Positions 17,202-17,713 of a DNA stretch of 17,713 bases are shown here, in pieces. Within the stretch, counting starts at the first letter, position 1; each line of letters begins with the position of its first letter. This DNA comes from Candidatus Hermodarchaeota archaeon (GTDB taxonomy: Archaea > Asgardarchaeota > Lokiarchaeia > Sigyniarchaeales > SOKP01): assembly GCA_048885535.1 (NCBI GenBank), contig JBHLLO010000063.1, forward strand, positions 1-17,713, given 5' to 3'. The notes beneath the pieces are model-generated. The model worked only from the letters and a program-made list of their open reading frames with translations, ran no database searches and was not told the origin of the DNA. The position numbers were made by a program, and so were the translations under genes.

Positions 17202-17713
17202 TTGATTTGGTTTACTGCTGATTTTCATCTTTCTCATAAGAATATTATTGATTACTGTAACCGTCCGTTTAATAGTATTGAGGAAATGGATAAAGCCATA
17301 ATCAAGAATCTTGAAGAATGTGTTAAATCAAGTGATATGCTCTACTTTCTTGGAGATTTAACCTTTAAGCAAACAATCGCACGTGACTTTTTTGAGAGAT
17401 TTAATGATCTTGAGATTCATTTCATAATAGGAAATCATGATTCAAAAGAAGTAATAAAACTTGCTGAAAAACATTGTATTTCAATATCTAATTTGAAGGA
17501 TATTATTATAGAAGACCAATCAATTACGCTCTGTCATTACGCAATGCGTGTGTGGAATAAAAGTCATTTTAACGCTTGGCAGTTATACGGACATTCTCAT
17601 GCAGGCCTTTCTCCTATTGGGAAGCAATATGATGTCGGAGTAGATAACAATCACTTCTTTCCTGTATCATTTGAAAATTTAAAGGTTATAATGAAAAAAC
17701 AGCCTGATAATTT
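17202..17713 (+). CDS. Calcineurin-like metallophosphoesterase (COG4186-like); 3' end runs off the window
   Basis: Hand translation from TTG at 17202: MIWFTADFHLSHKNIIDYCNRPF...LYFLGDL...IGNHD...LCHYAM...LYGHSH...DVGVD. All five metallophosphoesterase motifs (DxH, GD, GNHD, H, GHxH) are present. No stop before the window end. Confidence 0.92.
   Translation, partial: MIWFTADFHLSHKNIIDYCNRPFNSIEEMDKAIIKNLEECVKSSDMLYFLGDLTFKQTIARDFFERFNDLEIHFIIGNHDSKEVIKLAEKHCISISNLKDIIIEDQSITLCHYAMRVWNKSHFNAWQLYGHSHAGLSPIGKQYDVGVDNNHFFPVSFENLKVIMKKQPDN

Overview
AT-rich archaeal-type window, most likely from an Asgard archaeon (Lokiarchaeia-like). This is inferred from a Rab-like small GTPase, a multi-OB-fold RPA and F420-dependent enzymes, not from a database search. 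From 1 to about 13.9 kb it holds accessory and metabolic genes: a degenerate Rab-like GTPase, a Zn-ribbon membrane protein, a beta-helix/propeller surface protein, flavodoxin, two F420-dependent oxidoreductases, PaaI thioesterase, serine hydrolase, SLC13/ArsB-NhaD permease, VOC protein, SDR, carboxylesterase, Ca/Na antiporter and a membrane-anchored protein with a 32-Cys (CX)n tandem repeat. Two diverged ~220-bp direct repeats made of gene remnants flank a ~3.3-kb block. The main signal is at 14.0-17.7 kb, a co-oriented module of retron-type reverse transcriptase, a predicted ~180-nt msr-msd ncRNA and an RPA-like ssDNA-binding protein, with a divergent calcineurin-like phosphoesterase. The ncRNA has a 17-bp a1/a2-like closing stem, a G.G-opposed candidate branch G, two msr-like hairpins and an msd-like region carrying three TGTTTTGTTA repeats. 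This looks like a candidate archaeal retron with an RPA partner, a combination I do not recognise from described retron types. RNA structures were derived by hand and need computational confirmation.
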